A stretch of DNA of 32,709 nt from a virus. The stretch lies in IMG/VR virus record IMGVR_UViG_3300045988_092706, positions 1-32,709 of that record. The stretch is one strand, 5' to 3'. Position 1 is the stretch's first letter. Each line of letters opens with the position of its first letter. The notes beneath the pieces are model-generated. The model saw only the letters and a list, made by a program, of their open reading frames with translations, was not told the origin of the DNA and ran no database searches. Below are positions 25,893-32,709 of the stretch, piece after piece. A program made the translations under genes and the position numbers.

Positions 25893-25939
25893 CACAAATT
25901 GAGCCACTACAATATAATCAACTAAACAAGGAGAACGAA

Positions 25940-26755
25940 GTGGAAAAAATCAACGACATCGTAGCAGAAATCAAAGACGAACTCGAAAAAATGGAGATAG
26001 ACGTAGACAGCAAAGACGCACGCGCAAGCCTACGCTACGTGAGAGAGGCGCTCATAGAAGAGTCGCGCAAATCAGCCGACAAGCGCGTGGTAGGCAAGAA
26101 CGGAGCGCGCACGCTCGCCGGTATGATTGCGAAATGGCTGAACCTGAGCCTGCCCCTCGACGGTGTCAACGTCGTCATATCGGGCGCGAATATGACAATG
26201 GTTACATATCAGGGCTATAAGAACAAAGTGCTTAAATTGCACCCGAACGCGACCTTTGACGTCCAAGTAGTGCGCGAAGACGACGACTTTACGGTCGAAA
26301 AGCAGAGCGGGAAGGTCGTCTATTCTCACAAGATTAAGCCTTTCAGCAATTCAAAAATCGTCGGCGCGTATTGTGTTATTAAGACAGGCGACTCTGAACA
26401 CTACGAGGGTCTGTCAGCCGAAGACTTCGAAAAAATGAAGAAGAGTAGCCGCAACAACTACCTCTGGGAAAAATGGGACACAGAGTTTTGGCTAAAATCG
26501 GTCATAAAGCGAGCCTGCAAGCGCTACTTCTTCGAAGAGGTGAAAGACATCGACACAATCGACAATTCAGACTACGGACTGACAGAAGAGCCGCAAGAGG
26601 ACGCCTTTGAGCGATTAAAAAAAGCCGAAACGATAGCCGAATTAAAAGCTGCCTACGCGAGTCTAGCACCAGCGGAGCAAGCCTACGCCGCAACAGTCGC
26701 ACGCGAAAGACTGCGAAAAATCAAGGAAGAAACTGCGGTAAAAGTCGAGGGCTAA
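25940..26755 (+). CDS. recT: RecT-family single-strand annealing protein, 271 aa
   Basis: GTG after AAGGAGAACGAA. RecT-like block GAYCVIKTGDSEHYEGLSAEDFEKMKKSS...WEKWDTEFWLKSVIKRACKRYF. Confidence 0.65.
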   Translation: MEKINDIVAEIKDELEKMEIDVDSKDARASLRYVREALIEESRKSADKRVVGKNGARTLAGMIAKWLNLSLPLDGVNVVISGANMTMVTYQGYKNKVLKLHPNATFDVQVVREDDDFTVEKQSGKVVYSHKIKPFSNSKIVGAYCVIKTGDSEHYEGLSAEDFEKMKKSSRNNYLWEKWDTEFWLKSVIKRACKRYFFEEVKDIDTIDNSDYGLTEEPQEDAFERLKKAETIAELKAAYASLAPAEQAYAATVARERLRKIKEETAVKVEG

Positions 26756-26756
26756 A

Positions 26757-27425
26757 ATGGACACGACAACACACGAGCAGGGAACCGAGGACTGGTACAA
26801 AGACCGCCTCGGTATCCCGACCGCCAGCCGCTACGGCGATATCCTCGCCAAGCGCGGAGGGTTTGCAAGATACGAAAGCACCTCGCGCAAGAACTACCTC
26901 GCCGAATTATTGACCGAGCGGCTAACTGGTCAGCCATACAGCCGCTACGGCAAGACTAAATATATGGACTGGGGTACACAAATGGAGCCAGCCGCAAGGC
27001 TCAGGTATGAGCTAGAAACAGGCAACACAGTAGAAGAGCGCGGCTTAAAGAAACACCTCTTCCTAGAAACAGGAGCGAGCGCGGACGGAATAGTCGAGGT
27101 CGACAATTGGCGAGGCGAGGGCAAAGGCGGTATAGAAATAAAGAACCGCACACCAGCGCACCACCTCGAAGCACTCACGACAGGCAAAGTGCCGTCAATT
27201 TACATACCTCAAATCCAGGGAAATATGATGTGCGACAAGGAGCGGCTCTGGTGGGACTGGGTGAGCTACGCGCCAGACTTTTCAGAGAATGCACAGATAG
27301 TAGTAGTGCGCGTCTACCGCGACGAGGACTACATCAAGAACCTCGAAATTGAGGTGGCGCTATTCATCGACGAATTGAAAGCCGCAGAGAAAAAAGTCCG
27401 CGAATATAACGTAAAAGTATTGTAG
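26757..27425 (+). CDS. YqaJ-like (lambda Exo-type, PD-(D/E)XK) recombination exonuclease, 222 aa
   Basis: Hallmark GIPTASRYGDIL (G.TAS motif). Located immediately downstream of RecT. Confidence 0.65.
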   Translation: MDTTTHEQGTEDWYKDRLGIPTASRYGDILAKRGGFARYESTSRKNYLAELLTERLTGQPYSRYGKTKYMDWGTQMEPAARLRYELETGNTVEERGLKKHLFLETGASADGIVEVDNWRGEGKGGIEIKNRTPAHHLEALTTGKVPSIYIPQIQGNMMCDKERLWWDWVSYAPDFSENAQIVVVRVYRDEDYIKNLEIEVALFIDELKAAEKKVREYNVKVL

Positions 27426-27437
27426 CGTTACATAATT

Positions 27438-27448
27438 TTTGATATAAT
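27438..27448 (+). promoter_or_regulatory. extended -10 promoter TTTGATATAAT (-10 27443-27448)
   Basis: Third copy of the 11-mer. The leader to ATG 27481 contains RBS AAAGAAAGGG. Confidence 0.45.
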
Positions 27449-27480
27449 TAAGACACAACAAACTAAAAGAAAGGGTACGT

Positions 27481-28317
27481 ATGAACGAAGCCAACCAGGA
27501 ACTACGCCAAGCGGCGAATAAACAAATAGAAGCAATCTCACCGCTTAAAATTAAATCAAACGAGCTACTCGAGCGAGCCAAGAGCGTCAAAGTCGAAACA
27601 GCCGCAGACGTAAAGACCGCGAAGGAAGTCATAAAAGACATCACAGCACACAAGAAGTCAACAGAAGAATTACGAAAGAACTTCACACGACAATTAGACG
27701 ACGTAAAAAAGCAATTCATAAGCGCAGAGCGCGACATCTTAGCTCCAGCCGAAGAAGCTCGCGGAATTGTAGCTAACGAAATCCTAGCCTTTGAGCGCGC
27801 TGAGGAGGAGAAGAAGAAGCGCGAAGCAGAGCGCGTCTGGGTAAGCCTCCTAGAAATTAAGAGCGCGGTAGCAATCGACGACGCAAAAACACTCGAAGAC
27901 GTAGACAAGAGCGAGAAAGTCGCCGAGGAGCGCATAGCCGCATTAAACGACGACGCGAAGCACCCGCTGGCTATTGCCTTCATCGGCAAGCTTCGCCAGG
28001 AAATCGCAGAGCGAAAAATCGAGCTGGCGAAAAATCCAGAAACAGAGAAGGAAGAAGCCGAGCAACAGCTAGAAATCGACAAGGCGAAAGCCCTCGCGGA
28101 AAAAATGGAAGCCGAAGCCAGAGCCGCCGCCCGCGCAATCGAGAAGGAAGCGCCAAAGACAGGAAGTCGCGAGAAAATCACGGTCGAAATCGTGAACGCG
28201 AACGAAGTGCCACGAGAGCTTTGTGTACCAAGCGAGAGCCTCATCAAGGACTACGTAAAGAAAAGCGGCGCAGATATGGTGCCTGGCTGTATTATTAAAA
28301 GAGAGCGCGTCATTTAA
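27481..28317 (+). CDS. highly charged coiled-coil protein of unknown function, 278 aa
   Basis: E/K/R-rich (AFERAEEEKKKREAERVW). Located between the exonuclease and SSB genes. Confidence 0.5.
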   Translation: MNEANQELRQAANKQIEAISPLKIKSNELLERAKSVKVETAADVKTAKEVIKDITAHKKSTEELRKNFTRQLDDVKKQFISAERDILAPAEEARGIVANEILAFERAEEEKKKREAERVWVSLLEIKSAVAIDDAKTLEDVDKSEKVAEERIAALNDDAKHPLAIAFIGKLRQEIAERKIELAKNPETEKEEAEQQLEIDKAKALAEKMEAEARAAARAIEKEAPKTGSREKITVEIVNANEVPRELCVPSESLIKDYVKKSGADMVPGCIIKRERVI

Positions 28318-28334
28318 GAAAGGAGCTTATAAAA

Positions 28335-28742
28335 ATGGCAGACATTAACAACGTAACGCTGGTAGGAAGGCTGGTGCGCGACGCAGAAGCGCGCACCACA
28401 AAGTCGGGTAAAAACATAGCCGCCTTTACGCTAGCCGTGAGCGGAATTGAAAAAGAGTACGTCGACTTTATCGACTGCCTCGCCTGGGGAAAAACCGCGG
28501 ACGTGGTAACAAAATACACGAGCAAAGGCAAGCGCGTCGGTATTGTCGGAAAATTGCACATAAACAAATACGAAAACAAAGACGGCGAAAAACGCTCGCG
28601 AGCTGAGGTTATTGTAAACAGCATACAATTACTCTCAAGCGCAGAGGCGCCGAAGAAAGAAGAAACCGAACCAAGCGACGAGGTGAACCTCGACGACGTA
28701 AAACTCGACGAGCCAGTCGACCTATCGGAGATACCATTTTAA
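28335..28742 (+). CDS. ssb: single-stranded DNA-binding protein, 135 aa
   Basis: OB-fold N-terminus NNVTLVGRLVRDAEARTTKSGKNIAAFTLAV. Acidic C-terminal tail ending in IPF. Confidence 0.8.
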   Translation: MADINNVTLVGRLVRDAEARTTKSGKNIAAFTLAVSGIEKEYVDFIDCLAWGKTADVVTKYTSKGKRVGIVGKLHINKYENKDGEKRSRAEVIVNSIQLLSSAEAPKKEETEPSDEVNLDDVKLDEPVDLSEIPF

Positions 28743-28757
28743 GAGGAGGGAGAAAGA

Positions 28758-28976
28758 ATGAGGCAGAGAATTATAGACATAATAGCAAGGCTCTTTGTGA
28801 GCGTGGTAGTTTTCGCAATCGGAGGACTAATAACAATGCCGCTATTCATTTTTACGAACAGCCACAACTTCGTCATAAAGGTGATTGCTACGACATTTTC
28901 AGTACTGGCTATCTTAGTAATTGCGCTGATGATTATCACAATCTGGGTGCCACGAGATGACGACCTTGACGACTAG
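28758..28976 (+). CDS. small membrane protein, 72 aa
   Basis: Two hydrophobic helices. RBS GAGGAGGGAG. Confidence 0.45.
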   Translation: MRQRIIDIIARLFVSVVVFAIGGLITMPLFIFTNSHNFVIKVIATTFSVLAILVIALMIITIWVPRDDDLDD

Positions 28977-29364
28977 AAAATATCCGCTCGAGGCAGAAGA
29001 ACACAAAGCCTTTGTGAATTATCTCGAAGTTTTGCGCTTGCCGCACTTCCACGTGCCGAACGAGCAGAGCCAGCGAGCCTATCGAATGGTCAACCGAAAG
29101 CTGGGAGTATCGAGCGGAGTGCCTGACTTGTTTGTTATCATTAAATCAGAGCGAAACGGCAGAAGTAAGCTTATCGCTATCGAAATGAAGCGACAACGAG
29201 GCGCGCGCCCGACAGTATCGCCAAAGCAGAAGCTCTGGCTGGAAGAGTTGAAGCGCGCAGGAATTGACGGCTACGTAGCGTACGGCGCAACCGAAGCCAT
29301 AGACATCGTGAGAAAGGAGCTGGACAAGCTCAGGAAGGAAGACGACGACAGTGAAGTATTTTAA
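28957..29364 (+). CDS. VRR-NUC domain nuclease, 135 aa
   Basis: PD-(D/E)xK arrangement GVPDLFVI...IEMKRQRGARPTVSPKQKLWLEELKRAGIDGYVAYGATEA, typical of VRR-NUC. Confidence 0.6.
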   Translation: MTTLTTRKYPLEAEEHKAFVNYLEVLRLPHFHVPNEQSQRAYRMVNRKLGVSSGVPDLFVIIKSERNGRSKLIAIEMKRQRGARPTVSPKQKLWLEELKRAGIDGYVAYGATEAIDIVRKELDKLRKEDDDSEVF

Positions 29365-29977
29365 GCTAATTCAAGACACGCCAGAATGCAAAGCTGGCGC
29401 TATGTTTTACCAGACAGTAAACGGCGACGCTTTGGTATCGGTCGACAACGAAGCGTATGTTATCAAAATCGACAAAATAAACGACTTCGCGAAGTTCTTT
29501 GTAAAAGTCGATACGAAGCTGGCTCGGTATTTTAAGCCAGCAGTCGGCGCAAAGTACTACTACTTAACCGCAGAAGGCGAAGTGCGCGACACAGAAAATC
29601 GCGGCGAAATCACGGACGCGGCGCGAATATCACTCGGCAATAGCTTCGAGCTCTATCCAGACGCACTGGCGTATAAATCGGCGCTGATTGCACGAGCAGA
29701 GCTGGCGGCGCACTCAGCGAACCAGTACCAGCCGAACTGGAAAAACGCCTACAAAGAAATCAAAGAGAAAGAAGGCAGCTACGAAGCGACGAAGCTCGTC
29801 GAAAACACGGTGGCTTATATTATCGCGCAAGACAAGCGCACAGGCGAGCTGGTGGTTGTGCCTATGAGCGGAGCCGTGAACTATAACCCAATCGCGTACT
29901 ACGCAACCGAGGACGACGCAAAGAAAGCGCTATCACAGCAATCAAAAAACTATAAAACTTATATGGAGGCTCAATAA
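29351..29977 (+). CDS. hypothetical protein, 208 aa
   Basis: GTG start overlapping the upstream gene; ORF only. Confidence 0.4.
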   Translation: MKYFKLIQDTPECKAGAMFYQTVNGDALVSVDNEAYVIKIDKINDFAKFFVKVDTKLARYFKPAVGAKYYYLTAEGEVRDTENRGEITDAARISLGNSFELYPDALAYKSALIARAELAAHSANQYQPNWKNAYKEIKEKEGSYEATKLVENTVAYIIAQDKRTGELVVVPMSGAVNYNPIAYYATEDDAKKALSQQSKNYKTYMEAQ

Positions 29978-30178
29978 ATGACGACCAACAAAGAAATCAC
30001 TCTGCCAATCGCAGAGTATAAGAAATTGAAGAAAGACGCGGAAAAATGGCGAGCCTTTCACGAAAAAGTAGCCGCAAACGCGAAAAAACGCTGGCAGAAG
30101 CGCACACCTGAAGAACGAGCCGCAGAAATGCAAGAGCTAAGAAGCCATAGAAAGTGCTACCGAAAAGATGAAGTATAG
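29978..30178 (+). CDS. hypothetical basic protein, 66 aa
   Basis: ORF directly abutting the upstream stop. Confidence 0.35.
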   Translation: MTTNKEITLPIAEYKKLKKDAEKWRAFHEKVAANAKKRWQKRTPEERAAEMQELRSHRKCYRKDEV

Positions 30179-31388
30179 AAACCTTTCCGAATTGCACAAG
30201 CTCGAAGATAATCCGCGAACAATCGACAAGGACAGCTTCGACTCGCTCTGTCAATCGATTAAAGACAATCCTGACTACTTCGAAGCGCGCCCGCTCATTT
30301 TAAGCAACAGGACAGGTAAGCTGGTTATTTTAGGAGGAAATCAGCGCTACGAAGCCGCGAAGAAGCTCGGGCTGGAAAAAGTACCAACGCACCTCATCGA
30401 GGGGCTGACAGAGGAGCGCGAGGAAGAAATCACAATTCGCGACAACGTCAACAACGGCGACTGGGATTGGGACAAGCTCGCGAACAGGTACGACTATGAG
30501 AAGCTCGACGAATGGGGCGTGGAGGTGCCTGAACTCGACAAAGAAGAAGACGACACCAAAATTGAAGAGGTGCCGACGCCAGAAATCGAAGAAGCCGCCA
30601 AAAGCGAACTCGGAAAAATCTACAAGCTTGGCGAGCATATGCTGATGTGTGGCGACAGCACGAAGGCTGAGGACGTCTTTACTCTTATGGGGGGGGCGAC
30701 AGCGGCGCTTATTCATACAGACCCACCTTATGGAGTGTCATATAACTCGGACACACAGGGCTCAATCCAGAACGACGAAATCGTAGGCTCGGAGCTTTAC
30801 GAGTTCTTAAATAAAGCACTTAAAAACGCATACGCGACTGAGCGAGAGTTTTACAAAGCAATCGAAGACGCAGGCTTTGTAGTCAAACAGCAAATCATCT
30901 GGAACAAAGAAAGCCTGGTGCTTGGGCGAGCTTCTTATCACTGGAAGCACGAACCGTGCTACTTGGCTTTCAAAGACGGACTACGCCCAGAGGAGGCAGA
31001 AGAGCGAAAGTCGACGACGGTCTGGGATAGTCCCGAAATCCTCAAGACCCTGTCGAAAAAACAGCTTCTCGAAGAAATCGAGAAGTGGAAAGACGACAGC
31101 ACTGTCTGGGACTTGAAGCGCGACCCTCGGTCGGAATATATTCACCCGACACAGAAGCCTGTCGCGATACCAGCGCGAGCAATTAAAAAGCACAGCAAAG
31201 AAGGCGACACGATACTCGACCTCTTCGCAGGCTCAGGCTCAACCCTACTAGCGTGCGAACAGCTAGGCAGGAAATGTCGCACAATGGAACTAGACCCGCG
31301 CTTTGTGGACAGAATACGCAAGCGCTATCACTATTTTCAGACTGGCTCGACTGACGGCTGGGAAGAAGCTACTCCCGCGATAAATTAA
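30168..31388 (+). CDS. ParB-like nuclease domain fused to a beta-class DNA (N6-adenine/N4-cytosine) methyltransferase, 406 aa
   Basis: N-terminal LVILGGNQRYEAAKKLGLEKVP (ParB/Srx fold). Motif IV LIHTDPPYGVSYN precedes motif I ILDLFAGSGSTLLA (FxGxG). Confidence 0.75.
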   Translation: MKYRNLSELHKLEDNPRTIDKDSFDSLCQSIKDNPDYFEARPLILSNRTGKLVILGGNQRYEAAKKLGLEKVPTHLIEGLTEEREEEITIRDNVNNGDWDWDKLANRYDYEKLDEWGVEVPELDKEEDDTKIEEVPTPEIEEAAKSELGKIYKLGEHMLMCGDSTKAEDVFTLMGGATAALIHTDPPYGVSYNSDTQGSIQNDEIVGSELYEFLNKALKNAYATEREFYKAIEDAGFVVKQQIIWNKESLVLGRASYHWKHEPCYLAFKDGLRPEEAEERKSTTVWDSPEILKTLSKKQLLEEIEKWKDDSTVWDLKRDPRSEYIHPTQKPVAIPARAIKKHSKEGDTILDLFAGSGSTLLACEQLGRKCRTMELDPRFVDRIRKRYHYFQTGSTDGWEEATPAIN

Positions 31389-31469
31389 ATTGTGCTATAC
31401 TAAAATCGTGTTCTTACAGGCACAGGCAGAGGCGCAAATGCTGGTTGGTGCGCCTCGCTCCACTTCGAC

Positions 31470-31502
31470 AGACACTCCGCAACAGGGGTGTCTTTCTTTT
31501 TC
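31470..31502 (+). terminator. rho-independent terminator
   Basis: 9-bp stem AGACACUCC/GGGGUGUCU (one G.U pair), 6-nt loop, followed by UUCUUUUUC. Confidence 0.6.
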
Positions 31503-31503
31503 T

Positions 31504-31600
31504 TAAAAAAAGTATAAAAATCTCCATAAAAACCCTTGCTATTTTTGAGAGGGTACAATATACTAAGAACATAGCAAACGTAAGAACAAAGGAGCAAGCA
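31504..31600 (+). promoter_or_regulatory. promoter/leader cassette copy C: -35 TTGCTA 31536-31541, 17-bp spacer, -10 TATACT 31559-31564
   Basis: About 90 bp nearly identical to copy A (1546-1640). Confidence 0.6.
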
Positions 31601-31912
31601 GTGAAAAAGCTTACAACCAAAGACATCAACAACATTAAAATCTTCGCAGAAGCAGGCTACGCTATCCAAGCCAGCGACTGGACGAGCGGACGCGGTCGCT
31701 ACACAACCCGAAAGGCAACGCCAGTATTCACAGACGAATATAACCGCGAAGACTTCAAGCACGCCCTAGAAACAGGCAATAACAAGCCTCAGTGGGACAC
31801 ACCAGAGCGCACAGCCTACGACTTCTTCGTAAAGAACCCACGCGCTCGCAAGGTCTTAGTAATGGACTTCAACCAAATCTTAGAAGCCCTAAAAGGCGCA
31901 GAGATTAAATAA
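31601..31912 (+). CDS. hypothetical protein, 103 aa
   Basis: GTG 31601 six nt after AAGGAG within the conserved leader. The ORF-track start at 31445 reads through the promoter cassette and is rejected. Confidence 0.5.
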   Translation: MKKLTTKDINNIKIFAEAGYAIQASDWTSGRGRYTTRKATPVFTDEYNREDFKHALETGNNKPQWDTPERTAYDFFVKNPRARKVLVMDFNQILEALKGAEIK

Positions 31913-32292
31913 GGTTACACAAACAGTAAGCGGAACTATCTACGTCGAAGGCGACAACTACGAAGACGCAGAAAAGAACGCCAGGCAATTTATAAAGAAA
32001 GACCCAAAGCACGTAGCGTCTATCATTTTTGACGAAACCTGGATAACCGAAGTAGGCTCACAGGACGCGCCTGACGAGAGTTCTAACGAAACTAAGACAA
32101 ACTAGCACTTTTATATAAAACAGCCCACAGAGCGCTCCAGACGAGCGCAGGGCGACAACATAACGCGGTGGTGCCAGCGAAAGTGGCACTGGGACGGCAA
32201 GACTTGAGGTCGCAACTTCCATAAACCTTTCAAAAACAGCCAGACCAGCGCACCAGCCACCCTGCCCCTTTAAAAATAACGGAGAGGAGTAA

Positions 32293-32553
32293 ATGTATAT
32301 AAAATTATCAGCGAAGGTAACTCGCGACTACGGAGCGAAAGAAACGCGCTCAAGACAATTCATACGAAGACAACTGATAAATAAGAACGGAGCGACCTGC
32401 GCGCTTTGTGGTGAACCAGTCGAAACAATGAAAGACTGCACAATTGACCACATCATACCAGTCAGCAAGGGTGGCTTAACGACAATCGAAAACTGCCAGC
32501 TGGCGCATAAAAAATGTAACGCACATAAAGGAAATCGAGGAGTAAAGAAGTGA
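32293..32553 (+). CDS. HNH endonuclease, 86 aa
   Basis: CALCG...DHIIPVSKGGLTTIENCQLAHKKCNAHKG (CxxC...DH...N...CN HNH motif). RBS GGAGAGGAG. Confidence 0.8.
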   Translation: MYIKLSAKVTRDYGAKETRSRQFIRRQLINKNGATCALCGEPVETMKDCTIDHIIPVSKGGLTTIENCQLAHKKCNAHKGNRGVKK

Positions 32554-32709
32554 AATATAAACTACTTAAAGACTTGCCCTTTGCAAAAGCGGGCGAGGTC
32601 TTCGAAAGAGTAACCTATAAGAGCAAAGACGGTCTGTCAGATTATGATTACTTTAAAACCAGCAAGCGCGAAAAAGACGGTGAAGATGAGGTTCTCTTTA
32701 CTATCGATT
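32550..32709 (+). CDS. 5' part of the junction-spanning gene (continues at 1..510)
   Basis: GTG 32550 overlaps the HNH stop (GTGA). In frame with the repeat 32655-32709, which equals 1-55. Confidence 0.5.
   Translation, partial: MKYKLLKDLPFAKAGEVFERVTYKSKDGLSDYDYFKTSKREKDGEDEVLFTID
32655..32709 (+). repeat. 55-bp exact duplicate of nt 1-55 (circular closure or terminal redundancy of the assembly)
   Basis: Direct string identity. Confidence 0.9.

Noticed and set aside
27360-28247. 295-aa minus-strand ORF (Ser/Ala-rich)
   Set aside because: It is antisense to the charged coiled-coil gene 27481..28317. The low-complexity composition is typical of a reverse-strand artefact of GAA/AAG-rich coding. 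It has no RBS.
31429-31456. Second hairpin GAGGCGC(14 nt)GCGCCTC upstream of the terminator at 31470
   Set aside because: Large loop and no U-tract. The downstream hairpin at 31470-31502 is the credible terminator.
31445-31600. Upstream extension of ORF 31445..31912 (start MVRLAPLRQ)
   Set aside because: It would translate straight through the promoter cassette (-35/-10). The GTG at 31601, which follows the conserved AAGGAG of the leader, is the sensible start.

Overview
The window is a complete, circularly closed dsDNA tailed-phage genome of siphovirus-like gene order. Its unique length is about 32,654 bp, because nt 1-55 are repeated exactly at 32655-32709, and one gene spans that junction. 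Every credible gene is on the + strand. Reading from the junction, the genome has the following blocks.

- **Early/accessory block (1-3850):** many small ORFs, a KGG-repeat stress-protein-like gene, a truncated but motif-complete MetK-like SAM synthetase, and a membrane protein with a histone-H1-like lysine tail.
- **Packaging:** putative TerS (possibly leaderless), TerL, an SPP1-gp6-like portal, and a MuF minor head protein carrying an extra C-terminal Cys/His domain.
- **Head and head-tail joining:** scaffold, major capsid, connector, head-closure and an HK97-gp10-like protein.
- **Tail:** major tail protein, the chaperone pair G/GT with a U-UUU-UUA -1 frameshift site, a 908-aa tape measure, tip proteins and a fibre.
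- **Lysis:** small membrane proteins and a TM-anchored CHAP + CW_7 endolysin.
- **Replication/recombination:** a Rep/organizer gene that carries 22-bp and 12-bp iterons inside its own coding sequence, then RecT, a YqaJ exonuclease, SSB and a VRR-NUC nuclease.
- **Late accessory genes:** a ParB-domain::DNA methyltransferase fusion and an HNH endonuclease.

The regulatory architecture is unusually legible. A promoter/leader cassette of about 95 bp (-35 TTGCAT, 17-bp spacer, -10 TATACT/TATAAT, conserved leader) occurs three times. Three TTTGATATAAT extended -10 promoters are also present. There are clear rho-independent terminators.

No integrase, repressor or minus-strand module was found. The strong AAGGAGG ribosome-binding sites, GTG starts, extended -10 promoters and the CHAP/CW_7 lysin point to a Gram-positive (Firmicutes-like) host. 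Family assignments rest on motif recognition only; no database search was possible.
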